This document shows, piece by piece, positions 1 to 10,230 of a stretch of 64,000 nucleotides of DNA; position 1 is the stretch's first letter, and the number at the start of each line of letters is the position of its first letter. The notes under the pieces were generated by a model. The model did not search any database, was not told the origin of the DNA, and worked only from the letters and a program-made list of their open reading frames with translations. The position numbers and the translations under genes were made by a program. The DNA is from Candidatus Latescibacterota bacterium. GTDB lineage: Bacteria > Latescibacterota > UBA2968 > UBA8231. The stretch lies in assembly GCA_965203355.1 (NCBI GenBank), contig OZ241889.1:576001-640000 (forward strand), given 5' to 3'.

Positions 1-1
1 A

Positions 2-1066
2 TTTTGGTACGGCCAAGAGTACAGCTACCTGACCCGCGACATGATCGACCTGACGCGCCGCTTAGTCCGGTACGTCAACCGACTAGCGAGCCGAGCACGC
101 GGCGAAGTCGATCTGGTGGTCCTGCCGCCCTTGCTCGACGGCAAGGCCAAGGGCCGTTTTCTCGAACACCAGCACGTCGGGCGACGCCAGACCCTGGGCC
201 CATGGAGCCGTCGGGCGCGTCTCTTTCAGTGGGCTTTCCTCTACTACCGCATCGGCAAGAAAAAAATGCGCCTCCTAGCGGCTCAACTCCCCGAAGCTGA
301 GCGTCTCAAAGCCGCCAGTGCCCAAAGCAGCGAATGGGGAAGAAAATCGCTGGACATTTTCGGCATTGAGCTGACCATAAGCGCCGATCCGCTCTTCGCC
401 GCCAGTGCCCGCGACCTCGATCTAGCCAACAAACAGGCGAAGGTCCTTTTTCTTCCCACGCATCGCAGCCTCTTCGACCATCCCGTAATGAGCAGCGTAC
501 TCCACGACGCCCGCTTCCTCGAACTGATGGGCTGGCGCGAACCTCCCGCGCCCGTGATCCTCGCCCGCGCCCGTCTCACCGAACCCGCAACCCTGCGCAT
601 TGGCGGCCGCTCTTTTTCGCTGATTGGCTTTACGACCGAGCAAGTTGATCAGATCATGGAAAAAGTCGATGGGCACGTCATTATGACCCGCTCGGCTGAC
701 GCGAAAAACCCCACGCGCCGCTTTGCCGAGCTCCTCGCAGAGCGGCCAGGCGTCGTCTATGGCGAGGGCACCACGGCCGCCTTTGAGCCTCAATGCCTGC
801 CCATGCAGCACGCGCTCTTTGCGTACCTGCCGCCCGACGTGATCATCGTGCCGCTGGCTTTTCGCGGCCTTCACTCGCTGTGGCCCAAGTGCCCGCGCGG
901 GAATCTCAACATCGGCAGCGGCCGAGTCGAAGTGATGGTTTGCCCGCCGATGCTTGGCGAAACCACGCTCCTGCCGCGCAAACGCGCCCTGCGCACGCAG
1001 CTAGAGCCGGCGACGCTCTTCCAAGCCGTACACATCGCCCGGCTTTTCGATCCAGAACCAGCCTAA
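2..1066 (+). CDS. PlsC-like (lysophospholipid) acyltransferase domain protein, 5' end outside window
   Basis: HxxxxD motif (PTHRSLFD) and an EGT-like block (YGEGTT). The frame is open back to position 2. Confidence 0.7.
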   Translation, partial: FWYGQEYSYLTRDMIDLTRRLVRYVNRLASRARGEVDLVVLPPLLDGKAKGRFLEHQHVGRRQTLGPWSRRARLFQWAFLYYRIGKKKMRLLAAQLPEAERLKAASAQSSEWGRKSLDIFGIELTISADPLFAASARDLDLANKQAKVLFLPTHRSLFDHPVMSSVLHDARFLELMGWREPPAPVILARARLTEPATLRIGGRSFSLIGFTTEQVDQIMEKVDGHVIMTRSADAKNPTRRFAELLAERPGVVYGEGTTAAFEPQCLPMQHALFAYLPPDVIIVPLAFRGLHSLWPKCPRGNLNIGSGRVEVMVCPPMLGETTLLPRKRALRTQLEPATLFQAVHIARLFDPEPA

Positions 1067-4000
1067 AAAAGCGACATTTGCTCGGCCTCCCGTCGGCGCG
1101 GCATGGCCGCATCCTCGCGCACGAGCAAATGAGCGGGGATCTCTTCTACAAACGGCGATGGCGCACACGGCACCCGCTCGCCATAGTGCTGGCGGCTGCG
1201 CGCCCGCAGCAACACCAACTCCTCCTCGGCGCGCGTCATGCCCACGTAAAAAAGCCGCCGTTCCTCGGCGAGGTCAGCGTCCCGCTCGCGGAAGGGAATC
1301 AGTCCGTCCTCCACCCCGCAGATAAAGACCACGGGGAACTCCAAGCCCTTGGCCGCGTGTAGGGTCATCAACGCGACGGCCTCTGGGCCTTGGGGACCGC
1401 CCCGCTCTTCGTAGTCGGCCTCTGCGCCTAGAAGCACAGTCTCCAATAGCTGCGCGAGCGTTCCAGCCTCGTCCGCCACTCGGGCCAAGTGCTGCAAATC
1501 TTCATCCTCCGGGTCGCCGAACTCGGCCTGCCAGCGCCGCAACCAAGAACCCGCCCCCTCCTGCGCGGCCCACTGCCTGTACTCTGCGATCCGCGCCTCT
1601 AGCACCGCGACCCGGTCCCGCGCCGCAGCCGACAGTTCGCCCCGTCGCACTTGGCGCAAAATGTGCGGCTCCGCGCCCATGGCCTCTAGCGCCTGCCAGC
1701 GCCGCACATCCTCTTGCGAGATCGAGGCGTAGCGGGCAAAAGCCAAAGCGGCCCGCACGGCCGGCGCCTGGAGAAAGCCCTTCTGCCCGACGAGCCGATA
1801 GGGCAGACCTTCCTTGCGGAAGCACTCTTCCAGCACTCGGCCCTGACGACCTGTGCGAAAGAGCACGGCAAAGTCGGCAAAACTGCGCGTACCCTCCGCG
1901 CCGGCATCGGTTTGCACCATGTCGGTGCCGCCGACCATGCGGGCAATTTCCCGTACCACCGCAATGCCCTCGGCCGTCTCGCTCGGCACCTCAAGGAGGC
2001 GGGTTGGCTCTTTGCCCGGGCGCACAGCCACAAGTTCGATGGCCTCGCGTCTCGGATTGCGGGCGATGACAGCGGCCGCAGCCTCGACAATGTGCCCCTG
2101 CGAGCGATAGTTGGTCCCCAAGCTAAAAACCTGCGCGGCGGGAAAGTTGTCGCGCAGACAGGCGAAGTAGTCCAACGAAGCACCGCGGAAGCTGTATATC
2201 GCCTGATCGGGATCGCCGATGGCCATTAGGCCCGCGCCCGCACCTGCTAACTGGAGGACCAACCCATACTGGGCGGCGTTGAGGTCTTGGAACTCGTCTA
2301 TCAGCAAATAGGGAAACCGCGCCCGCACCTGTTCCCGCACAGCCGCATCCGCTTCTAAGAGGCGCAGCAGATCCAAGAGAATGTCGTCGTAGTCGCAAGC
2401 CCCGTACGCATGTAGGGCCGCCTGATAGGCGTCGTAATGCGGTCGCCAGTTCTCGGCCACTTCGTCCGGCCCCTGCGCGGCGGCCTTGGCCAGCGAAATA
2501 GCTCGACCAGCGGCGGCAACCGACCCGGACAAACCAGCGTCTGCCAGCACCCCTTCGAGCAACCGCCGCGCTTCCACCTCGTCGAGTACCAGCTTTGGCT
2601 CGCAGCCCAAGTCCCGCAAGAGCGACAACGCCAACTGGTGGAAGGTCCCCACCCGCATCGCGCCCAGCCCGGACTCACCACCCAACAAAGCACTCAGCCG
2701 CTGCCGCATCTGTCCAGCCGCCCGCCGGGTAAAGGTAATGGCCATGATCTGTCCTGTGTTCACACCGCTGGCGACCAGCCCAGCGATGCGCCGCGTCAGC
2801 ACCCGAGTCTTGCCCGACCCCGGCCCAGCCACGACCACTAAAGGCCCTCCTGCGGCCTCTTCAACTTGCCGCTGTGCAACGTCAGAAGCGTCCGCGTCCT
2901 GCTCTGCTTGCTCGGTGCTAGCGGACCTTGGCGACTGTACCGCTGAAACGCGAACTTCCTCAGCCATCTTCGGCGCGGCCGTCGGTCCCAAGTCGAACAA
3001 CGCACCCTGCCCTTTTAAGCGCACCCGCTCCTCCTCGCTGAACACGCTGATTACGCCGTATTCCCCATCGTGGCCGGGGTAGATTTCGACTTCGCCGCAG
3101 CGCATCCGGCGTATGCCCTCAGCCACCAACGGCCCAGCGCAACTTTCAATCGCTTCGAGTCCAGCGTGGCGCAATAGTGCGAGCTCCGGGCCTATCTCGG
3201 CCAAGAGTCGGTCGTACACGGCGCGGACTTTTTTGCTCTTAGGGCCAACGCCCACCGCTGCACCGATCACTTCGTCGAGCGGGATCAAGTACTCGTACGA
3301 CGGGGCCTCATCCGGGCGGAATCCTTCCGGGCGGTCAGCTAGCTTCTCCACTCGGTGCAAAACCCCCACCGTCAGCTTGCGCCCGCACACCGGGCAAGTT
3401 CCTTGAGCCGCTATCGTTTGCGCTGGCTTGTAGCACACCGCGCATTTGCGATGGCCGTCGTAGTGGTATTTGCCCTCTTCGGGATAGAACTCCAAGGTGC
3501 CCAAAAAGCGCGCTGGGTTGCGGTATTTGAGCGCGGAGTAAATGCCCGGATACGAGCACTCGGTGTCAAAGCAGGTGGCTTCGCGAGCCAGCTTTTGCGG
3601 GGAGTGGGCGTCAGAATTGGATAGGATCGCATAGCGGTCCAAGGCCGACAGCCGCCAGTTCATCGGTGGATCAGAGGACAGGCCGGTCTCCACCGCGAAG
3701 ATGTGCGGCAGCAAATCCTCATAGCACTCCTCCAACGAGTCAAAGCCTGAAGAAGCACCCAAAACGGCAAAGTGCGGCGTCCATATATGGGCCGGAATGA
3801 AAAGCACGTCTTCGTCGGCTTCAAGGCAGATTTCTAAAAGGGCGCGGCTGTCTAGCCCCAAGATGGGCCGGCCGTCGGAGTGCAAATTGCCAATGGCGCC
3901 GAGGCGGCGGTTGAGTCGGGCGACGGATTCGAGGGTGGGCAGGATGACGACGTGGTGGATCTTGCGGGTTTTGTCGCCCTTCTTGTAGATGGTGCTGATT

Positions 4001-4278
4001 TCCACCGACAGCATGAAACGCACGGCGCGGCGGCAACTATCGGGCAGCTCTTGTTCCACCGCTTCGCGCCACCCGGCTTTGAGCTGGTACAGACCCTCTT
4101 CGGCTGGTTCGAGTTGCTCAGATAGTTCAGCGAACCACGCTGGATGCGTGTAGTCGCCGGTGCCTACTACGTCGACGCCTTTGAGCGCCGACCACTTGTG
4201 CAAATTAGCAGGGTTTAGGTCGCGGCTGGTCGCTCGCGCAAAACGCGAGTGCAAATGCACGTCGATTACGAACTGCAT
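1063..4278 (-). CDS. Endonuclease Q-like PHP domain fused to a UvrD/Rep SF1 helicase
   Basis: N-term: HLHS, HIWTP, ETGLSSD, NSDAHS and a CxxC...CxxC zinc finger. C-term: AGPGSGKT, DEFQD, GDPDQAIYSFRGA, NYRS, TLHAAKGLEF, EERRLFYVGMTRA. Confidence 0.9.
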   Translation of the reverse strand: MQFVIDVHLHSRFARATSRDLNPANLHKWSALKGVDVVGTGDYTHPAWFAELSEQLEPAEEGLYQLKAGWREAVEQELPDSCRRAVRFMLSVEISTIYKKGDKTRKIHHVVILPTLESVARLNRRLGAIGNLHSDGRPILGLDSRALLEICLEADEDVLFIPAHIWTPHFAVLGASSGFDSLEECYEDLLPHIFAVETGLSSDPPMNWRLSALDRYAILSNSDAHSPQKLAREATCFDTECSYPGIYSALKYRNPARFLGTLEFYPEEGKYHYDGHRKCAVCYKPAQTIAAQGTCPVCGRKLTVGVLHRVEKLADRPEGFRPDEAPSYEYLIPLDEVIGAAVGVGPKSKKVRAVYDRLLAEIGPELALLRHAGLEAIESCAGPLVAEGIRRMRCGEVEIYPGHDGEYGVISVFSEEERVRLKGQGALFDLGPTAAPKMAEEVRVSAVQSPRSASTEQAEQDADASDVAQRQVEEAAGGPLVVVAGPGSGKTRVLTRRIAGLVASGVNTGQIMAITFTRRAAGQMRQRLSALLGGESGLGAMRVGTFHQLALSLLRDLGCEPKLVLDEVEARRLLEGVLADAGLSGSVAAAGRAISLAKAAAQGPDEVAENWRPHYDAYQAALHAYGACDYDDILLDLLRLLEADAAVREQVRARFPYLLIDEFQDLNAAQYGLVLQLAGAGAGLMAIGDPDQAIYSFRGASLDYFACLRDNFPAAQVFSLGTNYRSQGHIVEAAAAVIARNPRREAIELVAVRPGKEPTRLLEVPSETAEGIAVVREIARMVGGTDMVQTDAGAEGTRSFADFAVLFRTGRQGRVLEECFRKEGLPYRLVGQKGFLQAPAVRAALAFARYASISQEDVRRWQALEAMGAEPHILRQVRRGELSAAARDRVAVLEARIAEYRQWAAQEGAGSWLRRWQAEFGDPEDEDLQHLARVADEAGTLAQLLETVLLGAEADYEERGGPQGPEAVALMTLHAAKGLEFPVVFICGVEDGLIPFRERDADLAEERRLFYVGMTRAEEELVLLRARSRQHYGERVPCAPSPFVEEIPAHLLVREDAAMPRRREAEQMSLF

Positions 4279-4333
4279 GTTTGCTCCCGGCGTTGGATAG
4301 GAATAGGTCGTGATTGCCCGCGTTTCATGGCCA

Positions 4334-4353
4334 TAGTATACTAGAATATTCTA
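4334..4353. promoter_or_regulatory. Overlapping AT-rich palindromes, possible operator between divergent genes
   Basis: TAGTATACTA (4334-4343) and TAGAATATTCTA (4342-4353) in a GC-rich genome. Confidence 0.35.
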
Positions 4354-4498
4354 CAACCAACAGCCAGACTTAGGTGACGCCTTTTGTCAGGGCTGTGTCT
4401 TGCTTCGCCAGTACGTCAACGAAAGCGTCGCCTAGGGCGTCCTCAGCTACGGTAGGAGACATCTTCGGCGACACTGTAGATGATCGTGGAGGTGCATT

Positions 4499-5686
4499 AT
4501 GAGTGGGCCTATTTACGTCAATCCCCAAGTCTTGCGCTGGGCGCGTACCAGTTTGGGGTTCTCGCAGGAAGAAGTGGCTCAGCGCATGAATAAGAAGGCC
4601 ACAGATATTGATGCTTGGGAACGCGGCGCGGCGTCTCCAACATATATTCAATTGGAAAAGCTGGCACACAAAATCTATAGACGCCCGATCGCATTATTCT
4701 TCTTTCCCGAGGTGCCGGAAGAGGAAACCATAGAGCAAGCATTTCGCACTTTGCCTGAGGATGAATTGCTGCGTATTCCGCCATGGATGCGTTACCTGAT
4801 CCGCAAGGCAAGGGTACTACAACTCAATCTTTCCGAACTGTGTGACGGTGTGAACCCGGCAAAACGCAAGGTGTTGCGCGATCTTGACTTTGCCCCATCT
4901 GTTGCTGTCGCCGACATGGCGAAGCAAGTCCGTACCTACCTAGGAATTGAACTCGCTGAACAGCAGGCATGGAAAAACACTGACGATGCTCTCAAGCGTT
5001 GGCGGGAAGTGCTGGAGGGATGCGGAGTCTTTGTTTTTAAGGACACCTTCAATCCGCCTAGCCAAAGGAGAGTACGTACAAGCGAGAGTCCTTTTTCTGG
5101 TTTCTGCTTAGAAGACCCGGATTTTCCGATAATCTACGTCAACAACAACAACGCTAAACCCCGTCAGATTTTCACCTTGTTCCACGAACTAGCGCATCTT
5201 CTGATGCACACAAGTGGGATATATATTCGGCAGGAAAGCTACATTGAGCACATGACCGGCGACGATAAACGCATAGAAGTGCTCTGCAATCTATTTGCCG
5301 CTGAGTTTCTGGTCCCCTCCCACGATTTCGAGGCGCACTCGGCTAGCAGTTCTATTGACGATCTCGCTATTGAAAGTTGGGCCAATCTGTACTGCGTTAG
5401 TCGCGAAACCATTCTGCGTCGTCTGCTCGACCAAGCACGAGTAAGCCAACATGACTATGAACAGAAGGTAGCGCAATGGTCGGAGCAAACAAGAGGTGGG
5501 GGTGGGGGTGGTAATTACTATCTGACCAAAGGAACGTATCTGGGTGAACGGTACATTGAAATGGTGTTTAGCCATTATCACCGAGGACACATTTCGGTGG
5601 AGCGAGTCGCCGACTATCTAGGTGAATCGACGAAGAACGTTCCCGGCATGGAAGAATGGCTCTTCAAGCAGGGAACAATGGCATGA
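4499..5686 (+). CDS. Xre HTH plus ImmA/IrrE (Peptidase M78) metallopeptidase
   Basis: N-terminal HTH (LRWARTSLGFSQEEVA...WERG) and RQIFTLFHELAH zinc motif. GGAGG RBS upstream. Confidence 0.9.
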   Translation: MSGPIYVNPQVLRWARTSLGFSQEEVAQRMNKKATDIDAWERGAASPTYIQLEKLAHKIYRRPIALFFFPEVPEEETIEQAFRTLPEDELLRIPPWMRYLIRKARVLQLNLSELCDGVNPAKRKVLRDLDFAPSVAVADMAKQVRTYLGIELAEQQAWKNTDDALKRWREVLEGCGVFVFKDTFNPPSQRRVRTSESPFSGFCLEDPDFPIIYVNNNNAKPRQIFTLFHELAHLLMHTSGIYIRQESYIEHMTGDDKRIEVLCNLFAAEFLVPSHDFEAHSASSSIDDLAIESWANLYCVSRETILRRLLDQARVSQHDYEQKVAQWSEQTRGGGGGGNYYLTKGTYLGERYIEMVFSHYHRGHISVERVADYLGESTKNVPGMEEWLFKQGTMA

Positions 5687-6159
5687 CAATCTATGTGTTC
5701 GACAGCAGTCCACTAATCGATCTTTTTCTCCACTATTACCGGACGCGATTTCCCTCTCTGTGGGCAGCATTTGACGCGATGGTTACACAGGGTCGCATTA
5801 CTTCGACGCGAGAAGTATTTAACGAATTGAACGCACGTGGAGATGACTTAGCGGCTTGGTGTGCAGAAAATAGGCAGCAGGTATTTATAACGCCAAGTGC
5901 GCAGGAAGTGGATTTTGTCAGGGAGATATTTGAAGTTAGGCACTTTCAGGCGATGATTCGCAGGAAGGCACGCCTTCAGGGAAGTTTGGTTGCCGATCCG
6001 TTTGTTATTGCGCGAGCAACGTGTTTAGAAAATGGTTGCGTTGTAACGATCGAAAAACACAGTCCCAATGCCGCGAAAATTCCGAATGTTTGTGAACATT
6101 TTGGAGTCGATTGTATTGATCTCGAAGAATTCATGGAACGGGAGCAATGGCGTTTTTGA
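5683..6159 (+). CDS. DUF4411-family PIN-domain protein
   Basis: YVFDSSPLI, ADPFVIA, VVTIE and KIPNVCEHFGV motifs. ATGA overlap with the upstream gene. Confidence 0.85.
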   Translation: MTIYVFDSSPLIDLFLHYYRTRFPSLWAAFDAMVTQGRITSTREVFNELNARGDDLAAWCAENRQQVFITPSAQEVDFVREIFEVRHFQAMIRRKARLQGSLVADPFVIARATCLENGCVVTIEKHSPNAAKIPNVCEHFGVDCIDLEEFMEREQWRF

Positions 6160-6228
6160 GAACGACCAAGACGAACCAGTGCGCCGGCCTTCAGGCCGAC
6201 AGCCTCATTGCGGATTTCAGCGGCCAAC

Positions 6229-6870
6229 TCAGTCGATGATCTCGGCCTTGATGATATAGTCTAGGTTGGGAAAGTTTTCTTCGAGATAGGCATTGCCGTT
6301 CATGGCGATCTGCCCTTGGGAAGGCTGCTCGCCGTACTCGGCACTGATAGCATCAACCACCTCCATCCCTTCTACTACTTCGCCGAAGGGCGCAAACCCC
6401 ATGCCATCGAGGTTGGCGTTGTCTCCCAAATTGATAAAAAGCTGGGTCGTGCGCGTATTGGGCTGGTTGGTTTTGGCATACGTGATCCGTCCGCGCGTAT
6501 TGCTCTGCTTGACCGGATCGTCGAGGATGTGGGCCCGATGCCAGACTTGGTTCAGCTTTGGATCGCCGTTCAAACCCCACTGCACCACAAAGTTAGGCAC
6601 CACGCGAAAAAAGCGCTGCTCGTCGTAGAAGCCGTTTTTAACCAAGTTGTAGAAGCGATCGGCACCGAGCGGTGCCCAATCGCGCGTCACTTGGATGACC
6701 ACCGGGCCGATGCTGGTCTCCAAGCGCACGGCAAATTCGTCGGGGGCCTGCTCGTTTAAGGCATCTCCTGCAGGATCCATTAAGATCTCCTTGCTTGTTT
6801 CCTCACCTTGACCGCCGGTCTCACAGCCGAAAGCCCAAAGTGCGATGATTAATAGTGCGCTCCGCTTCAT
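6229..6870 (-). CDS. Cyclophilin-type peptidyl-prolyl isomerase, probable lipoprotein
   Basis: FFRVVPNFVVQWG, TQLFINL, FAPFGEV motifs. Signal peptide ending in AFGC. Confidence 0.9.
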   Translation of the reverse strand: MKRSALLIIALWAFGCETGGQGEETSKEILMDPAGDALNEQAPDEFAVRLETSIGPVVIQVTRDWAPLGADRFYNLVKNGFYDEQRFFRVVPNFVVQWGLNGDPKLNQVWHRAHILDDPVKQSNTRGRITYAKTNQPNTRTTQLFINLGDNANLDGMGFAPFGEVVEGMEVVDAISAEYGEQPSQGQIAMNGNAYLEENFPNLDYIIKAEIID

Positions 6871-6897
6871 AGTGTTATGCCTTTTTGCTTGGTGTGT

Positions 6898-9141
6898 TTA
6901 TTGATCCAACCCGCTCACGGCAGCGACGAGTGCCGCGGTCGTAATGCCGAAGTGCGCCCACGTCTCCATATGGCCTTCCGACGGGGCCGTCGTCGGGTCG
7001 GTAATGCCGACGTGCGCCACTGGAATGCCCGAGTCGCCGGCGACGCCCGCCACCAGCCCGGCAAAACCGCGCACGCCGGTGTTGTCTGCGCCGATCAGGC
7101 CATCTTCGATGGTTACCACGCCCTTGGGATAGCGGCTCACCAGCTCTTCTAAGGCAGCGGCAGGTAGCGGCAACCCGTTGATTATATGCACATCCACCGC
7201 GCCTTCGAGCTGCTCGGCCGCCTCGCCAGCGAGAAAAGCCGGCGCGCCAAAAGCCAAGATCGCCCGCTCGGCTCCAGCATAGGTGCGATAAGCCGTCAGC
7301 GGCTCCCAAGCGTCGCCCGCTTCCCACAGCGGCCCCGAGCCATCTTGCTTTGCGAGGATGGGCAGAGCGTCGCGCGGAATGCCGATGATGTGCCCTCCGT
7401 AGTGCGCCGCCATATCGCAGACAGCCAAAAAGGCCGACCGCGCATCGGCTGGCCCATAGAAGCGGTGCAGATAGGGCAAATAGCTCAAGCCGACATTGAT
7501 CCACTCCAAGCCCCAACCCGAAAAGTGATCGCGCCCAGTGCAGGCCCCCACGTGCGAGACGTGGAAGGCGACGTTGAGGCCCTCGTTGACGCCGGTGAGG
7601 TTGCGCTGATAGCGCCAGACGTCAAAACCCTCGCGGGCAATGCCCTCGTAAAAGGCGGCAAACGTCGATACCACATTGAACTGCGGACCCGGCCCGCTCA
7701 TCGCCAATCCGTCGGTGATCAGACAAGCGGCTTGCTCCTCAATGCTCATCTCGAACTGGTGATCCGCGGCCAAGAAACCGCGCGCCTTCGCCAGTTTGGT
7801 CGAGGGATCGAGGTCGCAGCTAACGACGAACACATCGTCGGGAAAATGCGCGGCCACTGCTGCGTATGCAGCCTCGGACCCAGCGCGCGGGCTTTCGCGG
7901 CCACCAACCGCAGGCAAGCCGACCTTTTCCCGCACATCCTCCGGCAGAACCAAGTTGCGGCTACCGGGAGCGGGTCTGGCCAGGGTCTCGACTTGGCGCT
8001 TCTCGTCTTGGCGCAGCGCGGCAAGGGCTTGGCTCGCGGCCGCTGTCTTTTGCAACAGCGGGTTGCCCAGCACTTGCGCGGCGTCGCGGCCCTTCATGTG
8101 GCCATCGTGATGCCCGGCGCCGCCGGGGAGCTTATTGACCAAAAAGAGGCACTCGAGCATCGGCACTACGTCGCGGTAGCTCATCAGCGAGCCGGGGACC
8201 CAGATGCGGGTGCTGAGATCAACGCCGTGCTCGGCGGCAAACGCGGCGACCTCGGAACCAAGTCCCAAGCGCTCGCCCAAGTCGCCGAGTTGCTCGTGCG
8301 TTCCCGTGGGATAGATCAGCGCGGGCCGACCTTGCTGCGCCAGTTTGTAGCCTTGGACATAGGTTTCGTAGAGCACCGCGGCGTCGTGCAAGCTCTCGAT
8401 CTCGATGACTTCTACGCCCAGCGACGCGACGATCGGGCGCGGATCCTTGTCCATAATGCCCTCGGTGGCCCCCGAAAGCTGGATGCCGTTGCGGTGCATG
8501 ACGAAAGTGATCGGCGCTTTGTGGACTGCGGCGCCGTTGAAGCCGTTGAGTGCTTGGCCCGAGATGTAGCCAGCGTCGCCACAGTGGCAGATGACCCAAC
8601 CGCCCTCGCCGTGCTTGGCCCGCTTGCCGAGGGCCTGGCCCACGGCCACCGGGATCATCACCCCCAAGCGACCGCCGTTGAGTTGGGTGCCCCCCGGCAG
8701 CCAAGACACGTGCCCGGGCGCGTCGAGCCCGCGGCGAAAGCCCTCGACGACGATCTCCTCACCGATAAAGCCCAGTGCCGCCAATGCCGCGTAGTAGCCC
8801 ACTGAAGTGTGGGCGTGTTCAATGGTGTACTCAATCCGCTCGTAGTCGGTGATCGCCAAAGTCAGCAAAAGCGACGGGATCAGCTCCAGGCCGCCGCCGA
8901 GGTGGTCCAACTCGCCGATCGCGGCCAGCGAGGCCAGCGAGCGGATCGCAATCGCGGCGGCCTCGATCTGCAAGCCCTCTAGCGCGGCGATTTGCTCTTG
9001 GTGCAGCACGTGTTGTTTGCCGATATACAAGGTGAGCGGCAAGACCTCGGAATGCACTTTCTCGCCTAGGTAGCGCACGCCCGCCAACAGCTCTTTGTTG
9101 CGCTGCTGTTGTCCGGTTTGCGCCGCTTCGATCCCCCGCAT
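6898..9141 (-). CDS. Divergent transketolase-like ThDP-dependent enzyme
   Basis: DHLGGGL, HAH, PGH, GDAG...NG ThDP motif, IEEQ and STFAAF. GGGAG RBS before ATG 9141. Confidence 0.75.
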   Translation of the reverse strand: MRGIEAAQTGQQQRNKELLAGVRYLGEKVHSEVLPLTLYIGKQHVLHQEQIAALEGLQIEAAAIAIRSLASLAAIGELDHLGGGLELIPSLLLTLAITDYERIEYTIEHAHTSVGYYAALAALGFIGEEIVVEGFRRGLDAPGHVSWLPGGTQLNGGRLGVMIPVAVGQALGKRAKHGEGGWVICHCGDAGYISGQALNGFNGAAVHKAPITFVMHRNGIQLSGATEGIMDKDPRPIVASLGVEVIEIESLHDAAVLYETYVQGYKLAQQGRPALIYPTGTHEQLGDLGERLGLGSEVAAFAAEHGVDLSTRIWVPGSLMSYRDVVPMLECLFLVNKLPGGAGHHDGHMKGRDAAQVLGNPLLQKTAAASQALAALRQDEKRQVETLARPAPGSRNLVLPEDVREKVGLPAVGGRESPRAGSEAAYAAVAAHFPDDVFVVSCDLDPSTKLAKARGFLAADHQFEMSIEEQAACLITDGLAMSGPGPQFNVVSTFAAFYEGIAREGFDVWRYQRNLTGVNEGLNVAFHVSHVGACTGRDHFSGWGLEWINVGLSYLPYLHRFYGPADARSAFLAVCDMAAHYGGHIIGIPRDALPILAKQDGSGPLWEAGDAWEPLTAYRTYAGAERAILAFGAPAFLAGEAAEQLEGAVDVHIINGLPLPAAALEELVSRYPKGVVTIEDGLIGADNTGVRGFAGLVAGVAGDSGIPVAHVGITDPTTAPSEGHMETWAHFGITTAALVAAVSGLDQ

Positions 9142-9218
9142 GTACAACTCCCTAAGTGGGTATTTTTAATTGAATGAAAGCGTCGTAAAAGTATAAACCC
9201 AGCACCGAATGCGAGCAA

Positions 9219-10229
9219 TTAACGCGGCTTGAACTGCACGGCCAATTTCTCGGCCCACGCTTTGTTTGCGTCGATCGTGCGCCCGGCGTTGTGCGGCGTA
9301 TGCACCACGTTGTGCCGCCCCAATAGCGGATCGTCTAAAGGCAGCGGCTCTTGGTCCCACACGTCCGCCGCTAAGCTCAGTTCGTCGGCCATCACTCGCC
9401 GCCGGATGGCGTCGGTATCGCAGATTTTGGCTCGAGTCACCAGCACCACCAGACAGCCCTTGGGTAGCGCGTTGACGTGCTCGGCCTGGACCAAGCCGTG
9501 GGTCGATTCCGTGAGCGGCACCATGGGCGCGAACACTTCGGCATCGGCGACTAGCTGCTCCAAGTGGTACTCGCGGCGCGATCCAGCTCGGTGAAAGCAC
9601 GGCTCCGCGGCAAACGGATCCCAAGCGGCCACATCGGCTCCCAGCATGGACGCGAAGCTGGCGTAGCGACTGGCTATATTGCCGGCCCCGACGATCCGCA
9701 CCCGCTTGCCGCACAGCGTCCCACTCGCAAAGGCCGGGTCGTCGCCAAACTGGTGCCCGCGTGCGCCGGGACGGCCTTGGCCCCCGGGCGGCTCGTAGTC
9801 CCAAGGTGCTTGGCTGTGGATAATCTCTCGGTGCAACTGCGGAATTCGCCGCAGTCCGCATAGCGTCAAGGCCAGGCCAAATTCCGCCACGGTCTGCGAC
9901 CAAAACCCCTCGCTCGGATGGTCGTACACAGCGACGCCGACCTCAGCTAAATACTCGCTACAACCCTCGCCCAACCGCCGACCATAAGCCCCCTGAAAGG
10001 TCGCTTCCTGCAAGGCCGTAAAAAGTTGCAGACACCTCAGACTCACTGGCACCCCTAGCGCAGCCAACCGCGCCACTTGGCTCGGCTCTTCAATCACCTC
10101 GCCCAAGGGCCGCTCGTCTCCGGGCGTTAGACGCACAAAATCCGCTGCGGGCCACAGGGTGCGGAAGTGGTCGGCGGCAAAGGGCCAAACTCCGTCAAAG
10201 TCTGGATGAACGGCGATCAAATCGCCCAT
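9219..10229 (-). CDS. D-isomer-specific 2-hydroxyacid dehydrogenase family protein
   Basis: GAGNIA, PLTEST, VTRA, DVWDQEPL and TPHNAG motifs. Start re-assigned just after the upstream stop. Confidence 0.85.
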   Translation of the reverse strand: MGDLIAVHPDFDGVWPFAADHFRTLWPAADFVRLTPGDERPLGEVIEEPSQVARLAALGVPVSLRCLQLFTALQEATFQGAYGRRLGEGCSEYLAEVGVAVYDHPSEGFWSQTVAEFGLALTLCGLRRIPQLHREIIHSQAPWDYEPPGGQGRPGARGHQFGDDPAFASGTLCGKRVRIVGAGNIASRYASFASMLGADVAAWDPFAAEPCFHRAGSRREYHLEQLVADAEVFAPMVPLTESTHGLVQAEHVNALPKGCLVVLVTRAKICDTDAIRRRVMADELSLAADVWDQEPLPLDDPLLGRHNVVHTPHNAGRTIDANKAWAEKLAVQFKPR

Positions 10230-10230
10230 G

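Noticed and set aside
7186-8805. 539-aa plus-strand ORF and similar long antisense ORFs (e.g. 51907-53220, 58226-59218, 32619-33590)
   Set aside because: These are shadow frames opposite well-supported genes, expected at high GC, and have no motifs.
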